The notes beneath the pieces are model-generated. The model worked only from the letters and a program-made list of their open reading frames with translations, made no database searches and was not told the origin of the DNA. DNA of 64,000 nucleotides from a virus (lineage: Duplodnaviria; Caudoviricetes). The position numbers and the translations under genes were made by a program. Shown piece by piece: positions 56,071 through 63,330 of the stretch (the stretch's first letter is position 1; each line of letters opens with the position of its first letter). Location: IMG/VR virus record IMGVR_UViG_3300037171_000150, positions 1,612-65,611 of that record; one strand, given 5' to 3'.

Positions 56071-56664
56071 CTAGACCTCGGCTGGGGATTCTGTGAGGAG
56101 CGCCTGCTCTTCGGTTTGGGCTTGCTGATCGAGGGCCGCGGTGGGGCTCAAGCCAAACCCGGACGGAGGCGCGCCAAAAGTGGACTCCTCGGGCGCAAAT
56201 TCTTCGGCGCCGTACTCGTGTGTCGACCTGGACTCGGTTTCGAGGAAGAGCTGCTGGAGGACGCCGATCGCCTTCTCCAGCCGGAGGCAGGCTTGGATGC
56301 TGCGCGCGGCGGCACCCTGTAGAGCCTCAGCGTTGATTTTGTCGATCCCGGCCTGCATGGCGGCGCGGTGTGCTTCCAGGATGGCGGCCAGCTCCCGGCG
56401 GTGGTCTTCGAGCAGCCCGCGGACCTCGGTGCGAATTGCGACGAAACTTGACTTAGCTGACTCGATGGTAGCCTTACTCTCCGCCTGGTGCGCGGCCAGT
56501 AGCCGGCCAGTCTCTGCGTAGACTGCGGTGAATTGCTCTTTCGCGGCGGCGAGTTGGCGCTTCAAACTCAATGCCAACCAAATCAGCACGGCAACCCCGC
56601 CCAGCAGCAGGAACAGGAACAAGGCGGCGAGGATGGAGAGGGACACGATTCCGACAATGCTCAT
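56071..56664 (-). CDS. Membrane-anchored coiled-coil protein
   Basis: N-terminal ~30-aa hydrophobic stretch then coiled coil; leaderless start. Confidence 0.65.
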   Translation of the reverse strand: MSIVGIVSLSILAALFLFLLLGGVAVLIWLALSLKRQLAAAKEQFTAVYAETGRLLAAHQAESKATIESAKSSFVAIRTEVRGLLEDHRRELAAILEAHRAAMQAGIDKINAEALQGAAARSIQACLRLEKAIGVLQQLFLETESRSTHEYGAEEFAPEESTFGAPPSGFGLSPTAALDQQAQTEEQALLTESPAEV

Positions 56665-56671
56665 GGTTGGC

Positions 56672-56723
56672 AGTTTACGCTTTCATTTTTCCGCTTGCAA
56701 GTTTTTTTGTGGTGAGGTAGACT
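56672..56723. promoter_or_regulatory. Bidirectional promoter sharing one palindromic TTGCAA -35
   Basis: TTGCAA at 56695-56700; TAGACT 17 nt to the right (+), TAAACT 17 nt to the left (-). Confidence 0.7.
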
Positions 56724-56835
56724 GAATTCGTCCTGCCGCCCAGGTTGGACTTGTAGGCGCCCTGGCTGATCACTGGGGTTGAAAAGTGGTGGGGGTGTCC
56801 TCAAGCATCCCCGCCCGCCTGCTTGAGGAGGAATT

Positions 56836-57189
56836 TTGAGTAAGAACACCGATATTTGGATGCCGCTCTACATCGGCGATTATTTGGCGGACACGTCGCA
56901 CCTTGACGCTGAGCGAAGCGGAGCCTACCTTCACTTGTTGATGCATTACTGGCGAAAAGGCCCACTCCCAAACGACATCGACGCGATCGTGTCGATCACC
57001 AAACTCCGAGCAGAAAATGCTTCAAGCATTGCTCAAGCATTGCTCAATGAGTATTTTTTCCTCAATGGCGATGGTCGATGGCACCAAGGCCGAGCAGATG
57101 TTGAAATTGAAAAGTGGAACACTAAGAAACAGAAAGCAAAAGAGAAAGCGGAATTAGCAGCAAAAAGAAGGTGGAATAATAATGCTTGA
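56836..57189 (+). CDS. DUF1376/YdaU-family replication initiator N-terminal domain (apparently truncated)
   Basis: 'WMPLYIGDYLADTSHL...GAYLHLLMHYW..GPLP'; TTG start with GAGGAGG. Confidence 0.85.
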   Translation: MSKNTDIWMPLYIGDYLADTSHLDAERSGAYLHLLMHYWRKGPLPNDIDAIVSITKLRAENASSIAQALLNEYFFLNGDGRWHQGRADVEIEKWNTKKQKAKEKAELAAKRRWNNNA

Positions 57190-57245
57190 AGCATTGCTCT
57201 ATGTATTGCTTGAAGGTATGCTTAACACTATGCTTGGGCGATGCC
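57016..57245 (+). repeat. Iteron-like TGCT(T/C)-containing repeats, candidate origin
   Basis: AATGCTTCAAGCATTGCTCAAGCATTGCTC (57017-57046) and AATGCTTGAAGCATTGCTC...TTGCTTGAAGG.ATGCTTAA...ATGCTTGG (57181-57240), followed by AT-rich 57260-57365. Confidence 0.55.
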
Positions 57246-57377
57246 CTTCACCATCACCTTAATCATCAGATGGGATTTACTTATTAGTTTTTCTATGTAG
57301 TGTATTTATCTCTCTGTACTTTTGTGGGCAAAACATCGAATTTGAATGATTTACAACGGTTACGAAAGGAAACTTCA

Positions 57378-58061
57378 ATGCCAGCAAACCTCGAGCTTCT
57401 AGCCGCAAGCCGCGTGATGGTCGACCAGGTGATCGCCCGCGGACAGGTTCCCGTCATGTTCTTTATGAACCGCGCAACCTCCCAGGCGCTCGCCGAGACG
57501 CTGGCCGCCGCCTACAGGGAGCGCTTGTCCACCTTCCGGCGGCTGTGGCTGCGAATCCAGCGCGGGAAGGCTGTGCCTCAACTGGAGTCCCTGCACGGCA
57601 TCCCTGTGGGCCGGGCCGACTACCTGCCACCTGGGGGTTTGTTCCTACAGAGCGTGGACCGCGCTCAGATGGGCCAGCCAGCGGCGCCAGCAGTTCCAAC
57701 GTCGATGAGACCACCTGCCGGCATGGAACAGGCCGCTCAAGACGCGCGGCAGCAGCTCGCGGCGCGGGGTGAGGAATTCTGGAAGAAGGATCGCGTCCAG
57801 GCGCTGAACGACGCGATGGACGGCGTAGCGGCTGGCGAGATCCGGCCGACGCTGAACGACCTGTCGAGTGGGAACGGCGAGCGGCCGTCGGCGAGCGATG
57901 TGCTGATGAAGGCGATGGATGACGTGGATGATCTGAACGGCGTGGTGGTCGTGCGGGTCCATAGGAACGGGAGCGTAGACCTATGCCTCAATGTAGACCA
58001 GTTCGCCGCCCAGGGTGTGCTACAGCGCACGCAGATGTATTTGGCGCAGAGGGGTTACTGA
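57378..58061 (+). CDS. Hypothetical protein
   Basis: AAGGA RBS; coupled to the PAPS-reductase gene. Confidence 0.65.
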   Translation: MPANLELLAASRVMVDQVIARGQVPVMFFMNRATSQALAETLAAAYRERLSTFRRLWLRIQRGKAVPQLESLHGIPVGRADYLPPGGLFLQSVDRAQMGQPAAPAVPTSMRPPAGMEQAAQDARQQLAARGEEFWKKDRVQALNDAMDGVAAGEIRPTLNDLSSGNGERPSASDVLMKAMDDVDDLNGVVVVRVHRNGSVDLCLNVDQFAAQGVLQRTQMYLAQRGY

Positions 58062-58864
58062 TGAAACACATCGTCTGTTTTAGCGGGGGAAAGGACTCAA
58101 CGGCTTTGGTTCTCTGGGCTATTGAGAATCTGCCGGAGTTCACTGCCGTTTTCTGCGATACAGGATGGGAGCACAAGATTACCTATGCCTATATAGAGGA
58201 GATCAACCAATCACTGTTGGGCGGTAAACTCGTGACCCTTAAAAGCTATAAATATCCAGATGGAATGCGTCAACTTGTCCAGATCAAAAAGAGAGCTCCA
58301 TCGGCTAAAGCGCGATTCTGCACCGAGGCTTTGAAGGTGCGCCCGATGATCGATTGGTTGAAGACCATAGACGATGAGATCACGGTCTATCAGGGGATCA
58401 GGGCCGACGAGAGTGAAAGCCGCTCTCGGATGGTTCACCGTCAGTGGTCAGACGATTTCGATGCATGGATCGATCGTCCGCTGCTGACCTGGACCGCAGG
58501 CCAATGCTTTGCGCTGATGGCCGAGCGTGGCGTCAAGCCGAACCCGCTCTACCTGATGGGCGCTTGCCGCGTCGGATGTTTCCCGTGCGTGATGGTCAAC
58601 ATGCGCGAACTGAAGGCGTATCTCGGTGGGACGCTGGGCGCTGAATTGCGCCGCCGGGTGCTCGACCTCGAAGCCATTGTCGGCAGCTCGTTCTTTGCGC
58701 CGACCTACATCCCTGAACGGTTCTGCACCGGCTTCGACGAGAAGAGCGGCAAGCGGTTCCCCTGGGCGCAAGACGTTTTCCGCTACATCGAGAGTGTGGA
58801 CGAGGACCAGATCCCGATGTTTCCAGCGCGTTCATGTATGAGCGTGTACAACTTATGCGAGTGA
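58061..58864 (+). CDS. PAPS reductase-family (PP-loop) protein
   Basis: SGGKDS, DTGWE, RFCT..LK, GIRADES..R, RVGCFPC. Confidence 0.9.
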   Translation: MKHIVCFSGGKDSTALVLWAIENLPEFTAVFCDTGWEHKITYAYIEEINQSLLGGKLVTLKSYKYPDGMRQLVQIKKRAPSAKARFCTEALKVRPMIDWLKTIDDEITVYQGIRADESESRSRMVHRQWSDDFDAWIDRPLLTWTAGQCFALMAERGVKPNPLYLMGACRVGCFPCVMVNMRELKAYLGGTLGAELRRRVLDLEAIVGSSFFAPTYIPERFCTGFDEKSGKRFPWAQDVFRYIESVDEDQIPMFPARSCMSVYNLCE

Positions 58865-58865
58865 T

Positions 58866-59102
58866 CTACTCTTCTACCAGTGTCCAGCAGCCGTGGTGAA
58901 CAAACTTCTTACCCTTCGGCGCAAGATACTTGAGGACGAGTTCGTTACCGGGTGACCTGTCACCTTTGTAGATTTGAGAAAGTAACTGCATTGAGATACC
59001 AATCTCATTTGCAAACTGGACTTGAGTTTGCCCACCCTGACGATCCTTCAGCATCTCCCGCAATTCTCTTGCCGTGTATGGCGCTGGTGTGGGTTTAGGC
59101 AT
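58866..59102 (-). CDS. XRE-type HTH protein
   Basis: 'TQVQFANEIGISMQLLSQIYKGDRSPG'. Confidence 0.8.
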   Translation of the reverse strand: MPKPTPAPYTARELREMLKDRQGGQTQVQFANEIGISMQLLSQIYKGDRSPGNELVLKYLAPKGKKFVHHGCWTLVEE

Positions 59103-59514
59103 GGTTCTTCCCCCATGCGCCCTTGACTCCCAATCCGAAGGGCAACGAGTAAGTGGACGGCAACACCCAGAGTACGCGCAGATGAAGTTTGGTCTTCCAC
59201 TCATCAGTCAGCGCCGGGTACACCTCGACAGCCACAACTTCATGACCGAATATCTCGTGGAGCGCGCGCTGAATCTCTTCCCACGACAACTGCTCAATAT
59301 CGCCGTGCCTTATCAATGTCGCCTGGACGACTCCTCCGATCGAAGTCTCCACTTTGAATAACTGGCATTCGATGCGGCTGTTGGCGTAGATAGCCATGCA
59401 GTTGATGAGCAACGGGTACTCCTGCTGCATTTGGTCTGTGATCTCTACTTTCTCGAACGGAGTCCACTGCCGGCCATAGGCTTTGAGTAATGCTGTCTTG
59501 CGAACCTTCGTCAT
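59095..59514 (-). CDS. Hypothetical protein ('SWEEIQR...FG...AVEVYP...HLR.LW' family)
   Basis: Conserved-looking motif; coupled to rusA. Confidence 0.65.
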   Translation of the reverse strand: MTKVRKTALLKAYGRQWTPFEKVEITDQMQQEYPLLINCMAIYANSRIECQLFKVETSIGGVVQATLIRHGDIEQLSWEEIQRALHEIFGHEVVAVEVYPALTDEWKTKLHLRVLWVLPSTYSLPFGLGVKGAWGKNHA

Positions 59515-59936
59515 CGTAATGCCTCCACTGTGATTTCCACGCGCTCAGGAAGGCCGTAGCGTTTGGCGCTTACGCCATGCTCTATCACCTGCGCGTCGTC
59601 CATGTAGATGATTCCCTTGAGCGCATCCATCACCGCCCTCTTGAGTTTGTCTAGGTCCGGCTTAACCGTGGGAAAGATGCGACGCTTTGGGGCGCTCTTG
59701 GGACGCGCGAATACGAACCAAGTTGTGAGTCGGACAGGAACATCAGAACCCCAAGGCTCATATATTCCAGCCTTACCACGGGCTTCAAGAGCCGTCCAGC
59801 CGATCTGTTGTCGCCAAGGCTTCATCTTGGGATTGTCGCTAGTCATGTTCGCGTGTCCCGCCTTGTCGATGAATGGCCTCATGCTTCCTTGCGGGCGCGG
59901 AGTGCCGAGTACCGTAAATTCAATTCGTTCGCTCAT
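59511..59936 (-). CDS. rusA: RusA-family Holliday junction resolvase
   Basis: PRPQG, KPDLDKL, DAL, DDAQV. Confidence 0.92.
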   Translation of the reverse strand: MSERIEFTVLGTPRPQGSMRPFIDKAGHANMTSDNPKMKPWRQQIGWTALEARGKAGIYEPWGSDVPVRLTTWFVFARPKSAPKRRIFPTVKPDLDKLKRAVMDALKGIIYMDDAQVIEHGVSAKRYGLPERVEITVEALR

Positions 59937-60396
59937 CGTCCCCGCCTCTCTTCCCCGCTAGTGGCTGCTCTTCGTTGTGAACAAAAAAGTAACTATCGTC
60001 GTCGCGGTACTCCTTCTTGGGAGCGCACCAGCACTCAGGAACCAGGCAGTGATTACGGCCGAACGTCGGAATGCTGTGATAGACCGATCCGTGTTCATCG
60101 CGCCAGTTGATAACGACCCAGCCATGCGCTTCAACCTCTTCCAACGTCGGCACATACTCATCGTCAACCTCATGCCCGTCAGAGAAACAAAGCGGAGCCT
60201 TCGCCTTATAGTGCTCGCTGTCCGTGATGAAGAATTTTATGTACTGGCCGTTCTCGAACATGAGTTGGATGAAGCCGTCGGCGTCTTTTTCGGCGAGCTC
60301 GCCAACTTCGTTTTGCGTGATCTCCAGCAGACGCTGGCCGATGAACGAGCCGAGGATTTCGCGGATGTTAGCTACAACTTCTGGTTCGTCGGTCAT
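59920..60396 (-). CDS. Hypothetical acidic protein with C-terminal H..CWCxP...HN motif
   Basis: Coupled ORF. Confidence 0.6.
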   Translation of the reverse strand: MTDEPEVVANIREILGSFIGQRLLEITQNEVGELAEKDADGFIQLMFENGQYIKFFITDSEHYKAKAPLCFSDGHEVDDEYVPTLEEVEAHGWVVINWRDEHGSVYHSIPTFGRNHCLVPECWCAPKKEYRDDDSYFFVHNEEQPLAGKRGGDDERTN

Positions 60397-60605
60397 CTTT
60401 TTTCTTTCTCCATGCAGCGGAACATCCAGTGCTTGAATTTATCCACAAGGAAGTTTGCCTGGGCCACGGTCAAACAATTGTCCATCGACCCACCAGTGCC
60501 GTCACTCTTCCGCGTGTAGAGGATTAGAACTTCCTCAATGTCGTCAGCTTTACCAGCAATATCCGCGGCGAGATCCACGATGCTTTCGATGTGCTTTGAT
60601 TTCAT
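60393..60605 (-). CDS. Hypothetical protein
   Basis: ATGA-coupled ORF. Confidence 0.6.
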   Translation of the reverse strand: MKSKHIESIVDLAADIAGKADDIEEVLILYTRKSDGTGGSMDNCLTVAQANFLVDKFKHWMFRCMEKEKR

Positions 60606-61000
60606 GCCGCCTTCTTTCTCGGCTTGGGTCCGCGCTTGCGGGCAACCATTACTTTGATGCGCTCCAGAAATTCGTTCATCGGAGGATTGCAGAGAACATG
60701 GTCAGAGTAGATTTGATCAACAACAGGTTTCGTGCTGGTAAGAACTAGGACAGGAACGATACCTTTCGCCTTGGAAATCAGATCATCGATACCTGTGATG
60801 GGTAACTGCAAAAGCATCAGATCGAATTCGCAACTCGTCAGATAATTGAGAGCCTCTTGGCTATTCGTCGCCGCGGTGACGCGATAGCAAGTTCCCGTAT
60901 TCCCAATAGGTTGAGGATGAGAGTTCATCAAGACATAGCGCAACGGCGAGAGCATGAACTCATTCTCTCCGACAAGCAGTATCTTCTTTCCTGATCTCAT
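60602..61000 (-). CDS. Degenerate receiver (CheY-like) domain protein with RKRGP tail
   Basis: 'KILLVGENE...ATNSQEAL...FDLMLLQ...FLERIKVMVARKRGPK'. Confidence 0.75.
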   Translation of the reverse strand: MRSGKKILLVGENEFMLSPLRYVLMNSHPQPIGNTGTCYRVTAATNSQEALNYLTSCEFDLMLLQLPITGIDDLISKAKGIVPVLVLTSTKPVVDQIYSDHVLCNPPMNEFLERIKVMVARKRGPKPRKKAA

Positions 61001-61170
61001 GCAGCCTTCTTGTGCAGCGGGTAATCCGCCGGGAAACCGCAGTGCGCGCAACCCTTGCAGCACGGCTTACCCATGGGCACGAACTGGTGGGCACCATCGA
61101 TCGGAGTCGGCTCGGGATAGCGCCAGCCGCCGAAGTGGAGAGTGACCTTGTTTTCGTTGAGCGTCGGCAT
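60997..61170 (-). CDS. Small Cys/His-rich protein (57 aa)
   Basis: Hand translation MPTLNENKV...HQF...CCKGCAHCG...H; AGGAGG RBS and own promoter. Confidence 0.65.
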   Translation of the reverse strand: MPTLNENKVTLHFGGWRYPEPTPIDGAHQFVPMGKPCCKGCAHCGFPADYPLHKKAA

Positions 61171-61187
61171 GGGAACCTCCTGAATGC

Positions 61188-61219
61188 ATACTACGCAAGA
61201 TTGCGGATAATTGCAAGCG
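61188..61219 (-). promoter_or_regulatory. Promoter TTGCAA-N17-TAGTAT
   Basis: -35 at 61211-61216 within CGCTTGCAA. Confidence 0.7.
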
Positions 61220-61816
61220 TTAAATTGGTGGCGCGTCTTTGGCTATCATCGGAAATGGGATAACCTTGTCTACCTTGCCGGCGGCGATGAGCATCAAGGC
61301 CTGTTGGCGCCAGGCGACGGCCTCATCCTTGGTGATGACCCAGCCCAATTTTTCATCGCGCGGATCCGCCGCTGTCTGGAGTGAACCCAGAGACGGCGCG
61401 CCTTTGTGGACTGGACACAGGTCGGGAACGAATACCTCAGACCCGCCAGTTGATTCACAGGTTCCGTTGCCGCAGGTGAAGGACACATCCATCGTCCCGC
61501 AGATGAAGATAGTCTCGCCCTGGGTCCGGCACACCTCGCACACCGGCAAGTCGCAGGTGAACATCTCGGATTTGCTGTCTGTCACCCGGCGGCCTGGCGC
61601 GGCCTTCTTATTGAACAAGGTCTCCTCTACCGGCTCGATAAACTGCGCGCACTCGAAGCCGATCGGCGCATCGCACACGAGGTCGGTGAGAGCAATCCCG
61701 CAGAAGACGCAGGTGTCGTAGTCGCCGCGGCGTCGGATGAACTCTTCGGCGGATTCTATTAGTTCCAGACGGCTTTCGGCGTCCATGCCGTTCAGGAGTT
61801 GGGGGAAGGTGGTCAT
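61220..61816 (-). CDS. Cys-rich hypothetical protein
   Basis: CVFC, CD, CDLPVCEVC, DLCPVH. Confidence 0.65.
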   Translation of the reverse strand: MTTFPQLLNGMDAESRLELIESAEEFIRRRGDYDTCVFCGIALTDLVCDAPIGFECAQFIEPVEETLFNKKAAPGRRVTDSKSEMFTCDLPVCEVCRTQGETIFICGTMDVSFTCGNGTCESTGGSEVFVPDLCPVHKGAPSLGSLQTAADPRDEKLGWVITKDEAVAWRQQALMLIAAGKVDKVIPFPMIAKDAPPI

Positions 61817-63330
61817 TTCAAATCCTCGACTTGTTGGATGCGGGAACCTATCCAGGAAACGACGGGGATTGCGAACCCGTTGCCGATCATCTTGTAGCGC
61901 GGCCCGTCTGCCATCGGTTTACCGTGGTAGGGAACCTGGGTGTGACCATCGGGAAGCCCCTGAAGGCGTTCACATTCTGTTGGTGTGAGGCGGCGCACAA
62001 CCATTTGGGGCGCGACGTAGGTTCTCGAACTACCGCCGGATGCCGCCCGCACGCTTGCCATCTCCGCCATCTCCGCCATCGAACCGCCTTCGCGGCCACG
62101 GAGATTGAAGGCAACGAGATCAGCGTTTACCGGGTCTTGCCAACCACGTGCTCCCTCACCGCCCGGTGTCATGGTCATAGCAACATCGGGAATACTCACG
62201 GGAATAAGCATCGGCCCGGCGCTTGTATCGCTACTGTCAGGCTGCTTGCCATAGTTTTGCGTGAGGCAAGGGGCGATTACCGGCACCAGGGGCGTACCCC
62301 GCCCGGTTCCATCCTCGGACGCATCGAAGCCCTCGGCGCGCAGCGAGTGCGTGATAAGGCCGTACTCTTCCGCGCCCCGGTCGGCATAGGGGCGGCAGGA
62401 GACGGGCGCGGTGACCAGCATCCCCGTTTCAGCATCCTGTTGTGTGGCGCTGCCGGCCGCTTTGCCGGAGTTCATCAGCGAGCCGGTAATAAAGGTTTCA
62501 CTCTCGAAGTCCATCCTGCCAGACGGGCCGCCGTGCGCATTGCAGGCTGTGGCTACGTCGATAGGACCGCTGGTATTATTGCCCCCCCATCCTTGCACTG
62601 CGACGACGGGGTCTTGTCCTCTACTGTCCCCCCCCCGTTCAACCCCTCGGCCACTGCTTGTAAGGCTTGGCGCAAGCTCGTGGGTAAATCCTTTCCCCGT
62701 TTCTCGGCGCGGCGGAGGATGCCCCGACAAGCAGTGCTGGTCAAAAAGTACCGCTGCGGGACCGCGCCAGTCTCCAAGATGTCCGACAACGAAGACGCGA
62801 CGGCGCCGTTGCGGAACTCCGAAGAATTGCGCATCCAGAACTGCCCACTCGACAAGCGCATCTGTCCCGAGGAGAAAACCGGAGTTTCTCCATCCACTTT
62901 TCGGTACGTCAACGTGTATCCCAGCCATTTCTCCAACCACAGCAGCAAAGTCTCGTCCACCGTTTGAAGAGAAGAGTCCCGGCACGTTTTCTGCGATTGC
63001 CCATCGTGCTCCTGACCACCGAACAACTCGCATTGCCTCGAAGAATAATCCACTGCGCTTCCCTTTCAGACCGGCTCTCTTGCCGGCCACACTCAAGTCT
63101 TGGCATGGAAATCCAAAGATCACCGCGTCTAAGTGACCCAAGTCCTTGATCTGATTCTCGGTAATTTTAGTTACATCGCCCAAATTCTGCGCGTCAGGCC
63201 AGTGGTGAGCCAACACAGCGCAAGCGGCAGGGTCAACTTCGGAAACCGCCACACACTCCCAACCGAGAGGAGTAAAAGCGAGTTCGGCACCGCCAAGACC
63301 CGAGAACAAAGAGATGAATCTAATCGGCAT
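61813..63330 (-). CDS. C5 DNA cytosine methyltransferase
   Basis: Motif I FSGLGG, IV GFPCQD, VI ENVPG, VIII QRRRRVF, IX RRLTPTECERLQG, X YKMIGN. Confidence 0.95.
   Translation of the reverse strand: MPIRFISLFSGLGGAELAFTPLGWECVAVSEVDPAACAVLAHHWPDAQNLGDVTKITENQIKDLGHLDAVIFGFPCQDLSVAGKRAGLKGKRSGLFFEAMRVVRWSGARWAIAENVPGLFSSNGGRDFAAVVGEMAGIHVDVPKSGWRNSGFLLGTDALVEWAVLDAQFFGVPQRRRRVFVVGHLGDWRGPAAVLFDQHCLSGHPPPRRETGKGFTHELAPSLTSSGRGVERGGDSRGQDPVVAVQGWGGNNTSGPIDVATACNAHGGPSGRMDFESETFITGSLMNSGKAAGSATQQDAETGMLVTAPVSCRPYADRGAEEYGLITHSLRAEGFDASEDGTGRGTPLVPVIAPCLTQNYGKQPDSSDTSAGPMLIPVSIPDVAMTMTPGGEGARGWQDPVNADLVAFNLRGREGGSMAEMAEMASVRAASGGSSRTYVAPQMVVRRLTPTECERLQGLPDGHTQVPYHGKPMADGPRYKMIGNGFAIPVVSWIGSRIQQVEDLK
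62553..63053 (-). CDS. Nested +1-frame protein inside the methyltransferase gene (M.EcoHK31I beta-like accessory subunit)
   Basis: 'SSLSDILETGAVPQRYFLTSTACRGILRRAEKRGKDLP' is a recognisable conserved MTase-associated motif; GTG with AAAGGGA upstream. Confidence 0.7.
   Translation of the reverse strand: MDYSSRQCELFGGQEHDGQSQKTCRDSSLQTVDETLLLWLEKWLGYTLTYRKVDGETPVFSSGQMRLSSGQFWMRNSSEFRNGAVASSLSDILETGAVPQRYFLTSTACRGILRRAEKRGKDLPTSLRQALQAVAEGLNGGGTVEDKTPSSQCKDGGAIIPAVLST

Noticed and set aside
57181-57262. Stop-codon recoding (TGA readthrough) in DUF1376
   Set aside because: TGA, TAA and a frame change all occur in the tract, and TGA/TAG/TAA terminate genes normally elsewhere
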